Assembly (NCBI GenBank): GCA_964645485.1
Contig: CAZXZO010000001.1
Span: forward strand, 90,812-132,060
Direction: 5' to 3'
Length of the DNA: 41,249 nt
DNA from: an uncultured Candidatus Poseidoniales archaeon
Lineage (GTDB): Archaea > Thermoplasmatota > Poseidoniia > Poseidoniales > Thalassarchaeaceae
In this document: piece after piece, positions 1 to 9,132 of the stretch
How positions within the stretch are numbered: position 1 is the stretch's first letter
How the letters are laid out: the number at the start of each line of letters is the position of its first letter
Program-made: the position numbers and the translations under genes
The notes under the pieces: model-generated
Seen by the model: the letters and a program-made list of their open reading frames with translations, nothing else
Told to the model about the DNA's origin: nothing
The model's database searches: none

Positions 1-114
1 TGGAGAATGGATATTGATGTTGAAGGAGACAACATTGAGACTGAAACATTCCTGACTATTGAGTATGAGCCGTTAGAAACAGATATTCCAGCGCCACCTG
101 TTGGCGAAGAGTAA
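1..114 (+). CDS. 3' end of a truncated CDS, unknown acidic protein (...PAPPVGEE*)
   Basis: Frame 1 is open from base 1 to TAA at 112-114; translation WRMDIDVEGDNIETETFLTIEYEPLETDIPAPPVGEE looks protein-like. Confidence 0.6.
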   Translation, partial: WRMDIDVEGDNIETETFLTIEYEPLETDIPAPPVGEE

Positions 115-375
115 TTGGTGAATGTTGATAATAGCCGAAATCAACTTTAAATTGTTGATTGAAAGGGATTTGCGCGAACTTAATTGACGAAGGAAAAGAA
201 GAAATTAGCGTTCAGTTTCACTTTTTAGTGAATCAGAACTGAAAGTGAACAATTTTGATTTTGGCTGTTAATGGGTGATTTCGAAAGGCCAATCACTTTC
301 AACCGGGTTAACTCCCTCGATAATTGGTTGATATACCCCTGCCATCAAAGGTCGGTCCAAGAAGGAGTTGAGATA

Positions 376-1416
376 ATGGCTGCAAAAAAGAAAGAAGAAA
401 TTGATGAAGAAGAATTGAAGGTGGACGACGTTCCCCTAGATGAAGAGGAGGACACGGTGGTGGTAGAGGTTCCAGAAGATGAGCCAACGCTTGATGACCT
501 ACCAGGTGTGGGTCCCGCGACCGCGGAGAAGTTGAGAGAGGCTGGATTCGATGACATGCTAGCAATTGCAGTCATGTCGCCAAGTGCTCTAGCAGATGCT
601 GCTGAACTTGGTGAAGCAGTTTCGGCAAAAATCATTGCTGGTGCTAAGAAATTAGCAAATATCGGTGGATTTTTGAGTGGAAACGCATTGCTTGAAAAGC
701 GTAGTGAAGTTCTAAAATTAACTTCTGGAAGCGTGGCCGTAGACGAATTATTTGGTGGTGGTTTTGAAACCCAGGCAATTTGTGAAGTGTACGGTGAATT
801 CGGTTCAGGAAAGACCCAAATTGGTCACCAGTTAGCAGTCAATGCTACAATGCCAATTTCCGAAGGTGGTCTTGGTGGAGAGGTTTTCTACATTGACACA
901 GAAGACACATTCAGACCAGAGAGAATTTCTCAGATGGCACGTGGAAATGGATTGGATCCAGAAATGGTCCTTGAGAGAATTCATGTGGCTCGCGCATACA
1001 ATTCAGCACATCAGATGCTGTTGGTTGATGAAATCAAGAGAATGGCTAAGAACATCGAGGTAAAGATGGTTATTGTTGATTCATTGACAAGTCATTTCAG
1101 GGCCGAATTCCTTGGCCGAGGTAAACTCGCTGAGCGCCAACAGAAATTGAATAAGCATCTGAAGGAACTCAAACAATTAGCTGATGTTAGTAATGCATTA
1201 GTCTTGGTCACCAACCAGGTTCATTCCAAGCCGGATGCAATGTGGGGCGACCCAACAAAGCCAATCGGTGGCCATATTGTTGGCCACGCTAGCACATTCC
1301 GTCTATACCTACGCAAATCAAAGGGTGGTCGAAGAATTGGAAGGTTAGTCGATTCACCGAACTTGCCAGAGGGCGAAGCAGTGTTCATGGTTACAGGCGA
1401 AGGAATCAGAGATTGA
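376..1416 (+). CDS. radA: DNA repair and recombination protein RadA
   Basis: HhH N-domain ([13 protein letters not shown]), Walker [21 protein letters not shown], Walker B VIVDS, VTNQV, GGHIVGH. GGAG-type SD precedes ATG376, preferred over the ORF-track start at 271. Confidence 0.97.
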   Translation: MAAKKKEEIDEEELKVDDVPLDEEEDTVVVEVPEDEPTLDDLPGVGPATAEKLREAGFDDMLAIAVMSPSALADAAELGEAVSAKIIAGAKKLANIGGFLSGNALLEKRSEVLKLTSGSVAVDELFGGGFETQAICEVYGEFGSGKTQIGHQLAVNATMPISEGGLGGEVFYIDTEDTFRPERISQMARGNGLDPEMVLERIHVARAYNSAHQMLLVDEIKRMAKNIEVKMVIVDSLTSHFRAEFLGRGKLAERQQKLNKHLKELKQLADVSNALVLVTNQVHSKPDAMWGDPTKPIGGHIVGHASTFRLYLRKSKGGRRIGRLVDSPNLPEGEAVFMVTGEGIRD

Positions 1417-1470
1417 ACCAAAATTATCCCTTTGAGATATAGAATACTCTCTGAGTGAAAAACATTCTAG

Positions 1471-1914
1471 TTAGACTAAAGATTTGCGTATTGTCCGTTC
1501 TACCGAATGTACTCCGTTGACTATCGCGGCAAAGAAAAACATCCAGGATAAACCTGAGAGAGCGTTGGCAAGACTTAATTCAAGATTGGATAAAAGCCAG
1601 CCTGAGATTATCCAACTTACTAGTCCGAGGATTAGCAAGATGATTGAAATTTCAATACTCGGTACTGGTGTGTTCATTCCAAAAATCCTCTCATCACTAT
1701 GAACCGTTTCTTGTTGGAGGAGATTTTGACTAATTTGGTTCTGACTCTCGGAACCTTTTTTTGCAATCTCCTTTGCCTCTTCAAGTATTTGGCCAGCCTC
1801 TTTCAACCTTAAATCAGCAATTGCTCTATCATCCCAGCCTGCGATTCGATATTGGTCATCAGTAATGGTACTTTGCTGATAAACTTCTTCAGAAGGTCTT
1901 CCTTTCATTAGCAT
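1471..1914 (-). CDS. Hypothetical membrane protein with two C-terminal TM helices
   Basis: 147-aa ORF fills the gap and has two hydrophobic segments (ISIILLILGLVSWIISGWLL; LSGLSWMFFFAAIV). Confidence 0.65.
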   Translation of the reverse strand: MLMKGRPSEEVYQQSTITDDQYRIAGWDDRAIADLRLKEAGQILEEAKEIAKKGSESQNQISQNLLQQETVHSDERIFGMNTPVPSIEISIILLILGLVSWIISGWLLSNLELSLANALSGLSWMFFFAAIVNGVHSVERTIRKSLV

Positions 1915-2047
1915 GAAGAGAATAAAGACAGTTTATATTTGTAATTTACCTTTTATGTTCCCAAATTAGATTTTAGTTATGTCAAAATAATCGGTAGCTT
2001 CCACTTCTTTCAATGGGAAATTCCATTGAATATATCATCAACTTGGT

Positions 2048-2290
2048 TCAAGCAACTGAATGTGGACCGTTTGGCAATTTGTAGTCAGCACGACTCCATT
2101 TTGCACACTTCCATGTGGCTAATGCCTGATCTTTGGCCACCTTCATCTCATCAGTTGAAGGATGCTCAGGATTGACTTTCGAAACATAGCATGGTAGGCA
2201 AAACCTTTCACCATTCAAATCTAGAAAATGTCCGTTTGCATTTGGGGAGCCACAAGTGGCACATATTCGGTATCCATGAAATCGGCTCAT
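2048..2290 (-). CDS. Small C4 zinc-finger protein
   Basis: 80 aa with CATC...FCLPC (CxxC-x17-CxxC); co-oriented downstream of cgi121. Confidence 0.6.
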   Translation of the reverse strand: MSRFHGYRICATCGSPNANGHFLDLNGERFCLPCYVSKVNPEHPSTDEMKVAKDQALATWKCAKWSRADYKLPNGPHSVA

Positions 2291-2356
2291 GCAATTAATG
2301 TGGGAAGGTCATCGCTCTATGAACCCAACGGATTAGCAGACTTCTTTGATTGAAGA

Positions 2357-2917
2357 TTAATCAATATCAGTTAGCGAGAGTTGCATCATTAGGAATTCTT
2401 CAATTGTTTTCCCTGAATCCTTCGGGTCAAATTCAATTTGGAGTCGATTAATTGTGTCCTCACATGGCGAAGGCCGTCCAGCATAATATTCAGCGTCTAA
2501 CCAACTCATCAATTCGTACGCATCTGTATCATGTGCACCATTATCAGAACTGATCATGGTATTTTCAATATTTTCAGACCATTCTGGCAGCCTAATTAGC
2601 CATGCTTTTTCATCGCCATTTTGAATCCCAGCGCGTTTGAATGCTACACTCATTTGATGAGTCCCGGCAAGTAATCGCATAAATTCACCATCTAAAGAAA
2701 CGCTAACCATTTTTTTGGCTAACACTCTCTCTCTGAGGGCAAGCCAAACACTCCACAAATGTCTTTCAGATACAGGTGTTGGATGGCCTAACAACAACCA
2801 GCGTTCATCTTTGCGTTTTTGTAATAGAATTGCGGCAACAAGTCTCGGGTCAGAAACTGGTTCTTGAAATTTGATTGACCAAGCGGTGAACCAAGGTGGT
2901 GCTGCCTCTGCCATCAA
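2357..2917 (-). CDS. cgi121: KEOPS complex subunit Cgi121-like protein
   Basis: SLDGEFMRLLAGTHQMSVAFKRAGI matches the Cgi121 E-x-L-x-x-x-x-G-x-x-Q-I-x-x-A pattern; lies directly after hel308. Confidence 0.75.
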   Translation of the reverse strand: MMAEAAPPWFTAWSIKFQEPVSDPRLVAAILLQKRKDERWLLLGHPTPVSERHLWSVWLALRERVLAKKMVSVSLDGEFMRLLAGTHQMSVAFKRAGIQNGDEKAWLIRLPEWSENIENTMISSDNGAHDTDAYELMSWLDAEYYAGRPSPCEDTINRLQIEFDPKDSGKTIEEFLMMQLSLTDID

Positions 2918-2943
2918 ACTACCGTTGGTGGCTATCCATCATA

Positions 2944-5514
2944 TCATCTGCGGCGAGCAGTTCCTCTAACTTTACTAGCCTGCTCAATGATTCCATCCAC
3001 TAATTGTAGACTCCATCCACGCTCATCTGCTAAATTTTGTCTATCTTTTTCAGTTAACTCAAGGACATCGTCTATTGTTCTTACACCCAACTTTGCAAAT
3101 CGGCGTGCTCTGATTCGGCCGACACCACGGATTGCGACTAATTCAAGCAGATCTGGCTTGCATCCGTTTGAAATCCGTAAACTCAATTCGTCTAATAGCC
3201 GGATTAATTGTTTCCTCGGCTGTTCTAATAAATCATCATCGCCTTCATCATACCTAGTTATTTCTCGGCCTGCATAAAGCAGCCAATCGGCTAGTTCTAT
3301 TCGTAATCGTAGATCACCAGGGGCGACTCCAAAATTCATCTCAATATCCCGACTACTAAGTTCATCAATCCATGCTTCCAACGCTGCAGCACACTTGACG
3401 TGCACAAGTGGGTCTAAATCTAATTTGGATTGCATTAGAATATCTCGGCTGACCAATTCGTGAAATTCTCCTGATATCATTCGTCGTTGTAATCGCTCAC
3501 CTTCTGCCACCCGTGGCCACAACACCATGAAATCTGGTACCGTAGAAATCAGATGAAGTAGGCTATAAGGTGAAAGTGTCAACTCGTCGTCAAGTCCAGC
3601 AATTATCTCACATGCTTTTCGTAATCCAACTTGTAAGACATGACCAGAAAGTGGGTCTAGGTAGAGTCTGGCAACTCTTTCTCCAAACGGGGTTGCTCTG
3701 TACGTCATAGCCTCTTGTTCGGGTAAAACCGGCTCGAAACGATTGCTCCTAACAATATCAGATGCTGACTTGAAACCCATTACCGCAGGTCCTTTCCTCT
3801 TAGTCCGTGGGGCTTCTTTTGCTCTCTTATCAATAGTCACACCTGTAGTTGCGGAGGCGGCACTAGCCCAAGGAGGTAAGGTATCATCCCAATCCTCCTG
3901 TGCCTCGGTTTGGCGTACATTTTTTGCCTCATTATCATTTTTTTGCTGACGACTTGATTCAATGTTTGCCGCCAACTTTTCATCTATCCCCATTCTTTCA
4001 ACCATACCATGGTCACATAGCCAATCAACAATTCCGTCAATGTTGTCAGCGAGGCTTTCTGATGGGACATCAGTAGCTAGAAATGTATGACTAAAGAATT
4101 CACCAAGAGAAAATCGATTGTATTTTCCACCGGTTGCAATTGCCGACAGAACATGCATCCTCATCGGCGATTCTAAGTGTAGTTTTGAGACAATATCTTC
4201 CGGCTCTGATTCGAAGTATATTTCTGACATCGTATCTGCATCAAGTATATTTTTACAGCGAATCCACGCTTCTCCATAATCATCAAATTTTGGTCTCCCA
4301 GCACGTCCCATCATCTGTTGAACCTCCATCGTTGAAAGCAATTGACTTCCATTTCCATCCCACCGGCGAAGGTCGCGGATTAGGACCCGGCGGGCTGGCA
4401 GATTTACCCCTGCAGCCAATGTCGGAGTAGCACTTATGCAAACTAAGTCTCCACGTTTGAAAGATTGTTCGATTAATTTTCGTTGCTTAGGTGTCAAACC
4501 TGCATGATGGAAGGCAACTCCTCCACTGAGACAGTCCGCAAGAATATCGCCAGTCTGGGAACCTTCGGTACTTGTTCTTGACTTCTCTGCCAAGTTTTGC
4601 CAAATTTTCAGTGATTTTTCGTCGTTATTTTTGGTAGCATTAGCCTTCATTCGTTTCGCTAAATCTTTGGCTACAGATTGAGCCGATTTTCTTGTTGAGA
4701 CAAAGCACAATAGTTGACCATCATCTTTGATAGTGTCACAAAGGGCAGCCCAAACTTGGTTCGATTTCGGCCCTTCAAGAAATTTTGGAGGTGGTAGTGG
4801 CACATCTTTTGCTCCGCCACAGATTTCTTTTCTAACTTCAACTTGTAAATCCGCTAAAGTTGCATAGCGTAGTGGTACAGGCCGCCAATTTGAAACAACT
4901 AGTTTCGCCTTTAGCCAATCAGCCACTTCTTGCGCATTTCCAACAGTTGCGGACAGAGCAACAATTTGTGCATCGGGTTTCTCATGCATGATTCGTGCTA
5001 GATTGATCTCCAAAGTAGGGCCTCTTCCTACCTCATTTACAAGATGGATTTCATCGGCTATCACGATGCTTACTTTATCAAGAAAGTTATTCCGATTGCG
5101 GAGTAGTGAATCAAATTTTTCAGATGTACAAACAATAATGTCAGCATCATCAATCTTGCGATTTTCAGAACTTCTGTCACCGATACCGATTCCAACTGTT
5201 AGGTTGAGTGGCTCGGCAAGTTCTTCCATTTCAGTTACTTTTTCACTCGCTAGAGCCTTCAGTGGGACGATGTAAATTGCTCTGCTACCCGGTTCAGTTT
5301 CAATCAATTTTTTGAAAATCGCCAACTGCGCTACCAGTGTTTTCCCACTTGCAGTTGGCGCTGCTAACAGCAGATTTTCACCGGCTAATACTGGTGGTAA
5401 CGCATCTATTTGAGGTGGATGGAAAGTGGTGATACCCCAGGTATCAGAGAGGAACTCAACCAACTTCTTTGGCAAGCCGAATTGAGAGGGAGAACCACTC
5501 GATTCCTTCGCCAT
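2944..5514 (-). CDS. hel308: Ski2-like SF2 helicase Hel308
   Basis: Q motif (FHPPQ), APTASGKT, VPLKALASEK, DEIH, SAT, AFHHAGL, TPTLAAGVNLPA, QMMGRAGRP, RLYLDP, C-terminal HhH (IRGVGRIRARR). Confidence 0.95.
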   Translation of the reverse strand: MAKESSGSPSQFGLPKKLVEFLSDTWGITTFHPPQIDALPPVLAGENLLLAAPTASGKTLVAQLAIFKKLIETEPGSRAIYIVPLKALASEKVTEMEELAEPLNLTVGIGIGDRSSENRKIDDADIIVCTSEKFDSLLRNRNNFLDKVSIVIADEIHLVNEVGRGPTLEINLARIMHEKPDAQIVALSATVGNAQEVADWLKAKLVVSNWRPVPLRYATLADLQVEVRKEICGGAKDVPLPPPKFLEGPKSNQVWAALCDTIKDDGQLLCFVSTRKSAQSVAKDLAKRMKANATKNNDEKSLKIWQNLAEKSRTSTEGSQTGDILADCLSGGVAFHHAGLTPKQRKLIEQSFKRGDLVCISATPTLAAGVNLPARRVLIRDLRRWDGNGSQLLSTMEVQQMMGRAGRPKFDDYGEAWIRCKNILDADTMSEIYFESEPEDIVSKLHLESPMRMHVLSAIATGGKYNRFSLGEFFSHTFLATDVPSESLADNIDGIVDWLCDHGMVERMGIDEKLAANIESSRQQKNDNEAKNVRQTEAQEDWDDTLPPWASAASATTGVTIDKRAKEAPRTKRKGPAVMGFKSASDIVRSNRFEPVLPEQEAMTYRATPFGERVARLYLDPLSGHVLQVGLRKACEIIAGLDDELTLSPYSLLHLISTVPDFMVLWPRVAEGERLQRRMISGEFHELVSRDILMQSKLDLDPLVHVKCAAALEAWIDELSSRDIEMNFGVAPGDLRLRIELADWLLYAGREITRYDEGDDDLLEQPRKQLIRLLDELSLRISNGCKPDLLELVAIRGVGRIRARRFAKLGVRTIDDVLELTEKDRQNLADERGWSLQLVDGIIEQASKVRGTARRR

Positions 5515-5733
5515 GCAAGCAAGTCTGCAATCTAAGGTTCAATAGGATAGCGATGAAAAATCATTTTTCTAAGCAACAAATTACCAATCTAAAATAGTTA
5601 TTAGGAAGCACAAAACTGCAGATTGATTCCATTACAATTGGCACGATGACAAACATAAATCTACTAGATTCAGCCAAAATATCACTTGGTTAAGTGGATA
5701 GTTTGAAGGGCTAATGTGCATCGTGTCAAAACG

Positions 5734-6375
5734 ATGACAGAGGACGGGCCGACACTAGATGACCTCGCTGATGAGAGAGATGTCAACGACTGGCTAGAGA
5801 TGTTTTGGGGTTCTTTGTTGATAGTAATCGGACTCAACCAACTGATGCATCCGGGTACACTTTTCGCGCCGGCAACTATGCAATGGCTTGGTTCAGGAGT
5901 TATCGCACTGGGTATAGCATGGGTTGGCCACGGGTTGAAAGACATGGCAGTGAAGGAGATACGCACCTCACTTGGCGTTCGATACCCGGTCTCAAAAAGA
6001 GTGGTGGATTACGGTTTAATTCGAGATGTCCTTTTGCACCCTGACCAGTACGGTACTTTTCTGCTTGAGGCTTACCACCGGGCGTTCGAAGATGGTGTTC
6101 TAACAGAGGATGAGCATGATGAATTGACTCTATTGTCTGCTGCTTTAGATATTCCACCAAGACAAGCCGCAAGGATTGCTACTCGAGCAGCAATTAATGC
6201 CGCGGTTGAAGATGGCAAAGTCACAGCGGCAGAATTAGCATTGATTGAAGGGGCTATGGAATCAGCAAACTTGAGCGAAGAGGACCGTGTCAAAATCCGC
6301 GATGCTCTTGAAGATGGCATTATTGATGATGAAGAGAAGAAAATGCTGGATGAAATCTTAGGTAGTATAGATTGA
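5734..6375 (+). CDS. Membrane protein with two N-terminal TM helices and a TerB-like helical domain
   Basis: Two hydrophobic segments, then three EDG-x4-E helical repeats (EDGVLTEDE, EDGKVTAAE, EDGIIDDEE). ATG5734 chosen over GTG5716. Confidence 0.7.
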   Translation: MTEDGPTLDDLADERDVNDWLEMFWGSLLIVIGLNQLMHPGTLFAPATMQWLGSGVIALGIAWVGHGLKDMAVKEIRTSLGVRYPVSKRVVDYGLIRDVLLHPDQYGTFLLEAYHRAFEDGVLTEDEHDELTLLSAALDIPPRQAARIATRAAINAAVEDGKVTAAELALIEGAMESANLSEEDRVKIRDALEDGIIDDEEKKMLDEILGSID

Positions 6376-6393
6376 ACTTTAGGAATTGCATCA

Positions 6394-6580
6394 CTTTTGT
6401 AAATTGGTGTTGGTTGCGAAAATCAGAGATTTTCTTTGGCAAGTTTTTCAGCCGCTTTTGTAAAATGATGTTGGTTGCGAAAATCAGAGATAATCTTTGG
6501 CGTATTCTTCAGCCGCTTTTGTAAAATGATATTGGTTGCGAAAATCAGAGATATTCCTTGGCAAGTTTTTCAGCCGCTTT
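6394..6580. repeat. Tandem repeat, 61-bp unit, about 3 copies
   Basis: Units start at 6394, 6455 and 6516 (cttttgtaaa...ttggttgcgaaaatcagagat...ttcagccg); the third overlaps the 3' end of CDS 6545..8536. Confidence 0.95.
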
Positions 6581-8536
6581 CACCCTGTAATATTCAATTG
6601 CTGCAGCAAAAATCAGCAGGCTGATTCCACAAGTAATCCATATTTTCTCATTGGAAACCAATCCCGCGGCAACTGTAATTCCTTCAACTTGTGGAATGCT
6701 ATTGGAATCGAAGTTATCGCTAGACCTCCAACTAATTTCCATTCCATCAATGCCACAATCACAATATGAAATGGTCAATAAATCAGGATATAGTTCCTCT
6801 TGGATGGTTAACCAATCAGATGAGGAAATTGAGTCAGGACGAGTTGACCAAATTGGTTCGGTTGCTGAACCTGCTGGTTGGGATGAAATCATTTTCCAAT
6901 CTATGTGTACTAATTCCCCAGCAGGTTTCTCATCTACTACAAGTAAGGCCTCCAACATCAATAAGTCAAGCGTAAGGGAACGGCCTGCCTGTAGTATGAA
7001 TTTCACCTCATCAGTAGCACCCATTGGATGATTGCTGACCCAGCCAAAAACATGGCTATCTAGTCTGATGTTTTCCATCTCCTCAGTGTGAATTTGCCAT
7101 CTACCATCACCTGTAGGGTGAATTCCTGTAATATGCATTCTAAGTGATAGGGTTTCACCGGATTCCAAGCCAAAGAAACCCGATGCCGCAATCGCATTAG
7201 ATTCAGATTCCCCAGCATCATCAACTGCCGCCATGCGCTTTTCCAATACCTCATCAAGAGTCATTTCACCAGCAAGAGGAGCCTCTCCGGTCATACCAAC
7301 TAAGGGCGAAGCGACTCCACCGATAATCAACAAAAACAATGCAACTGGAAGGATATAGCGCTTTGACCACGGGTTATTACTAGGAATCCTGTAGGCCAAA
7401 AATCCAGCAATCGTTGCAATTAAGCCAATCGACAATATCAATCCATGTGGAGCAATAGTCTGAGAGGTGTTTTCTACGTCTCCGACCCAAGCCTCACCTG
7501 CTAACCAATTTGCATCTCCAGAGAATTGTGTGGGTGATGAACTGCCCAACCCTTTTTGAGATAGTCTAGCGAACCATGAATATTCTTGGAAGTGGTTATT
7601 TTCACCCGACCAGCAAGCGAGATAACTGCCTTCAGGTGGTTCCTCATAGTAAATTTCGGTGATTTGTTGACCTGCTTCAAAAGTAGTTTTCACGGCCGGA
7701 TTTCTCGGTGTTTTTCCTCCCTCCCTAATTAACTCGGGTGGGGTGTGAGGTTGCTCAATTTCGAGGGGTACCGATGTCCAATAAATGACTAATGTCATGG
7801 TCTTCAGATGGTCTGGAAGTTGAAAACGATAGCAATCTTGGTCGGCGTCTAAAAGTGCACCTTTTGATAGCACCTCTACGTCCTCTACGATAACTGGATT
7901 ACTCGCACTACTGGGTTCATCCACATTGGCTGAAGAAATGTCTACACTCCACTCTATGGGGATGATAATTCTTGATTCACCACGCAGGTATAATTCCCAA
8001 GTTAGCGGTTGTGTAATTTCAAATGAAATGGACATCCCAACCCCATCATTTGGCCTAACTAATCTGCCACGAGAGAGGTCTAGTTCAGCATCTTGTAAAT
8101 TGTAAGTTCCGACTTTTGGTGAAGTCGGACTTCCTCCTTCAAGGGTCCAACTATTGCTACTTGGCCCAGCCCAAAATTCAATCATTAGGTCTGGAGCATT
8201 CACTCCCGCAGAATCCTCACGGATGCGAAAATCAATCACTAACTCATCTATCATAGTCGGTAGTAACGCGAGTTGATTTTGCTCTGGATTCATGATAAAT
8301 TCAATTTTCACCATCTTTGGTGATAGCGGAGATGCAGAATCCTCTTGGCGAGACATAACATCAACCCCAATTTCAGAGTTGTCAAGTAAGCAACTTGAAT
8401 CCGATAAACAAGCTAGGTTTAGTGTGGTGGTTGATTGGGATAGTTCTGCTGTTGTGGTTGGAGATAAAAAACCAAGAATTAGAACGAGGAGAATACTGGT
8501 TGCAAAGCGGCTCTTTGCATAAGCAGGCTTCACCAT
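6545..8536 (-). CDS. Large secreted/membrane protein of unknown function
   Basis: 664-aa ORF with N-terminal signal-like segment, a central TM pair, a C-terminal TM and beta-rich soluble regions; ATG8536. Confidence 0.85.
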   Translation of the reverse strand: MVKPAYAKSRFATSILLVLILGFLSPTTTAELSQSTTTLNLACLSDSSCLLDNSEIGVDVMSRQEDSASPLSPKMVKIEFIMNPEQNQLALLPTMIDELVIDFRIREDSAGVNAPDLMIEFWAGPSSNSWTLEGGSPTSPKVGTYNLQDAELDLSRGRLVRPNDGVGMSISFEITQPLTWELYLRGESRIIIPIEWSVDISSANVDEPSSASNPVIVEDVEVLSKGALLDADQDCYRFQLPDHLKTMTLVIYWTSVPLEIEQPHTPPELIREGGKTPRNPAVKTTFEAGQQITEIYYEEPPEGSYLACWSGENNHFQEYSWFARLSQKGLGSSSPTQFSGDANWLAGEAWVGDVENTSQTIAPHGLILSIGLIATIAGFLAYRIPSNNPWSKRYILPVALFLLIIGGVASPLVGMTGEAPLAGEMTLDEVLEKRMAAVDDAGESESNAIAASGFFGLESGETLSLRMHITGIHPTGDGRWQIHTEEMENIRLDSHVFGWVSNHPMGATDEVKFILQAGRSLTLDLLMLEALLVVDEKPAGELVHIDWKMISSQPAGSATEPIWSTRPDSISSSDWLTIQEELYPDLLTISYCDCGIDGMEISWRSSDNFDSNSIPQVEGITVAAGLVSNEKIWITCGISLLIFAAAIEYYRVKAAEKLAKEYL

Positions 8537-8598
8537 CAAACAGATTGGAGTCTCGTCGTAGTAATGAACAATGTTCTAAATCGTTCATAAAATTAGTA

Positions 8599-9126
8599 TT
8601 AATTTGCACTCAAAGCACAATCAACTAATTTTACCTTGCAATTGCGACAAAGGTAGCGACCAGCAGAGCGCACTGAACGTTCAGTTTGCCAATTGCAAGT
8701 AGGGCATTTCCAAGCAAATTTTGCATTACGCTTTCGCAAGTGGGCTGCAAAATCAAAACCCATTTGTTTTGCATCTTTGTTTGGCCATTGGGCCTCTAAA
8801 TACCTGAATTGTTTGTCGTGTCCTCCGTGACCTAGAGCGTGAAGAAACTCATGAAACATTAAAAATTCAGCATATTCCAACCATTCCTCTTTGAGGGATT
8901 CAGGGTGTAGAGCAACCTCTCTAACATCTGTTGGGCAAAGGTTTACGTCGCGCTTGTCAACTCCTTTTTTGAAGCGGCAAACGCCGTGGAGTCTTGTTGC
9001 ATTTCTCCGCAATCTTCCCAAAGGTACTGTTGCCAATGGCTGTAGGTTTTTTTCATTTAGAGATTCCATTGTTGACATGATTCCCACCACCCGAAATCGC
9101 AAGAATTCGAGTGATGTTTCGACCAA
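8599..9126 (-). CDS. SprT-like / M48-like zinc metallopeptidase with C-terminal Zn ribbon
   Basis: HEFLH...GHDKQF (HExxH plus third His), followed by CPTC...CRNC. TTG start lies 6 nt after the upstream stop; start uncertain. Confidence 0.8.
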   Translation of the reverse strand: MVETSLEFLRFRVVGIMSTMESLNEKNLQPLATVPLGRLRRNATRLHGVCRFKKGVDKRDVNLCPTDVREVALHPESLKEEWLEYAEFLMFHEFLHALGHGGHDKQFRYLEAQWPNKDAKQMGFDFAAHLRKRNAKFAWKCPTCNWQTERSVRSAGRYLCRNCKVKLVDCALSAN

Positions 9127-9132
9127 AATGCT

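Noticed and set aside
271-375. RadA N-terminal extension from ATG271
   Set aside because: The SD lies directly before ATG376 and the extra 35 codons look like promoter sequence.
2009-2030. Hairpin TTCAATGG-gaaatt-CCATTGAA as a novel element
   Set aside because: Single copy just downstream of a stop codon; an ordinary terminator-like structure is sufficient.
2900-2917. Identical N-terminal MAEAAP in Cgi121 and CtaB (21009)
   Set aside because: Six residues only, with no wider similarity; treated as chance.
271-5514. Inteins in RadA or Hel308
   Set aside because: RadA motifs are contiguous, and the Hel308 insert lacks the C/S start, the HN-C/S/T end and LAGLIDADG motifs.
6394-6580. CRISPR array
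   Set aside because: Units are contiguous 61-bp tandem copies with no unique spacers, and no cas genes are present.
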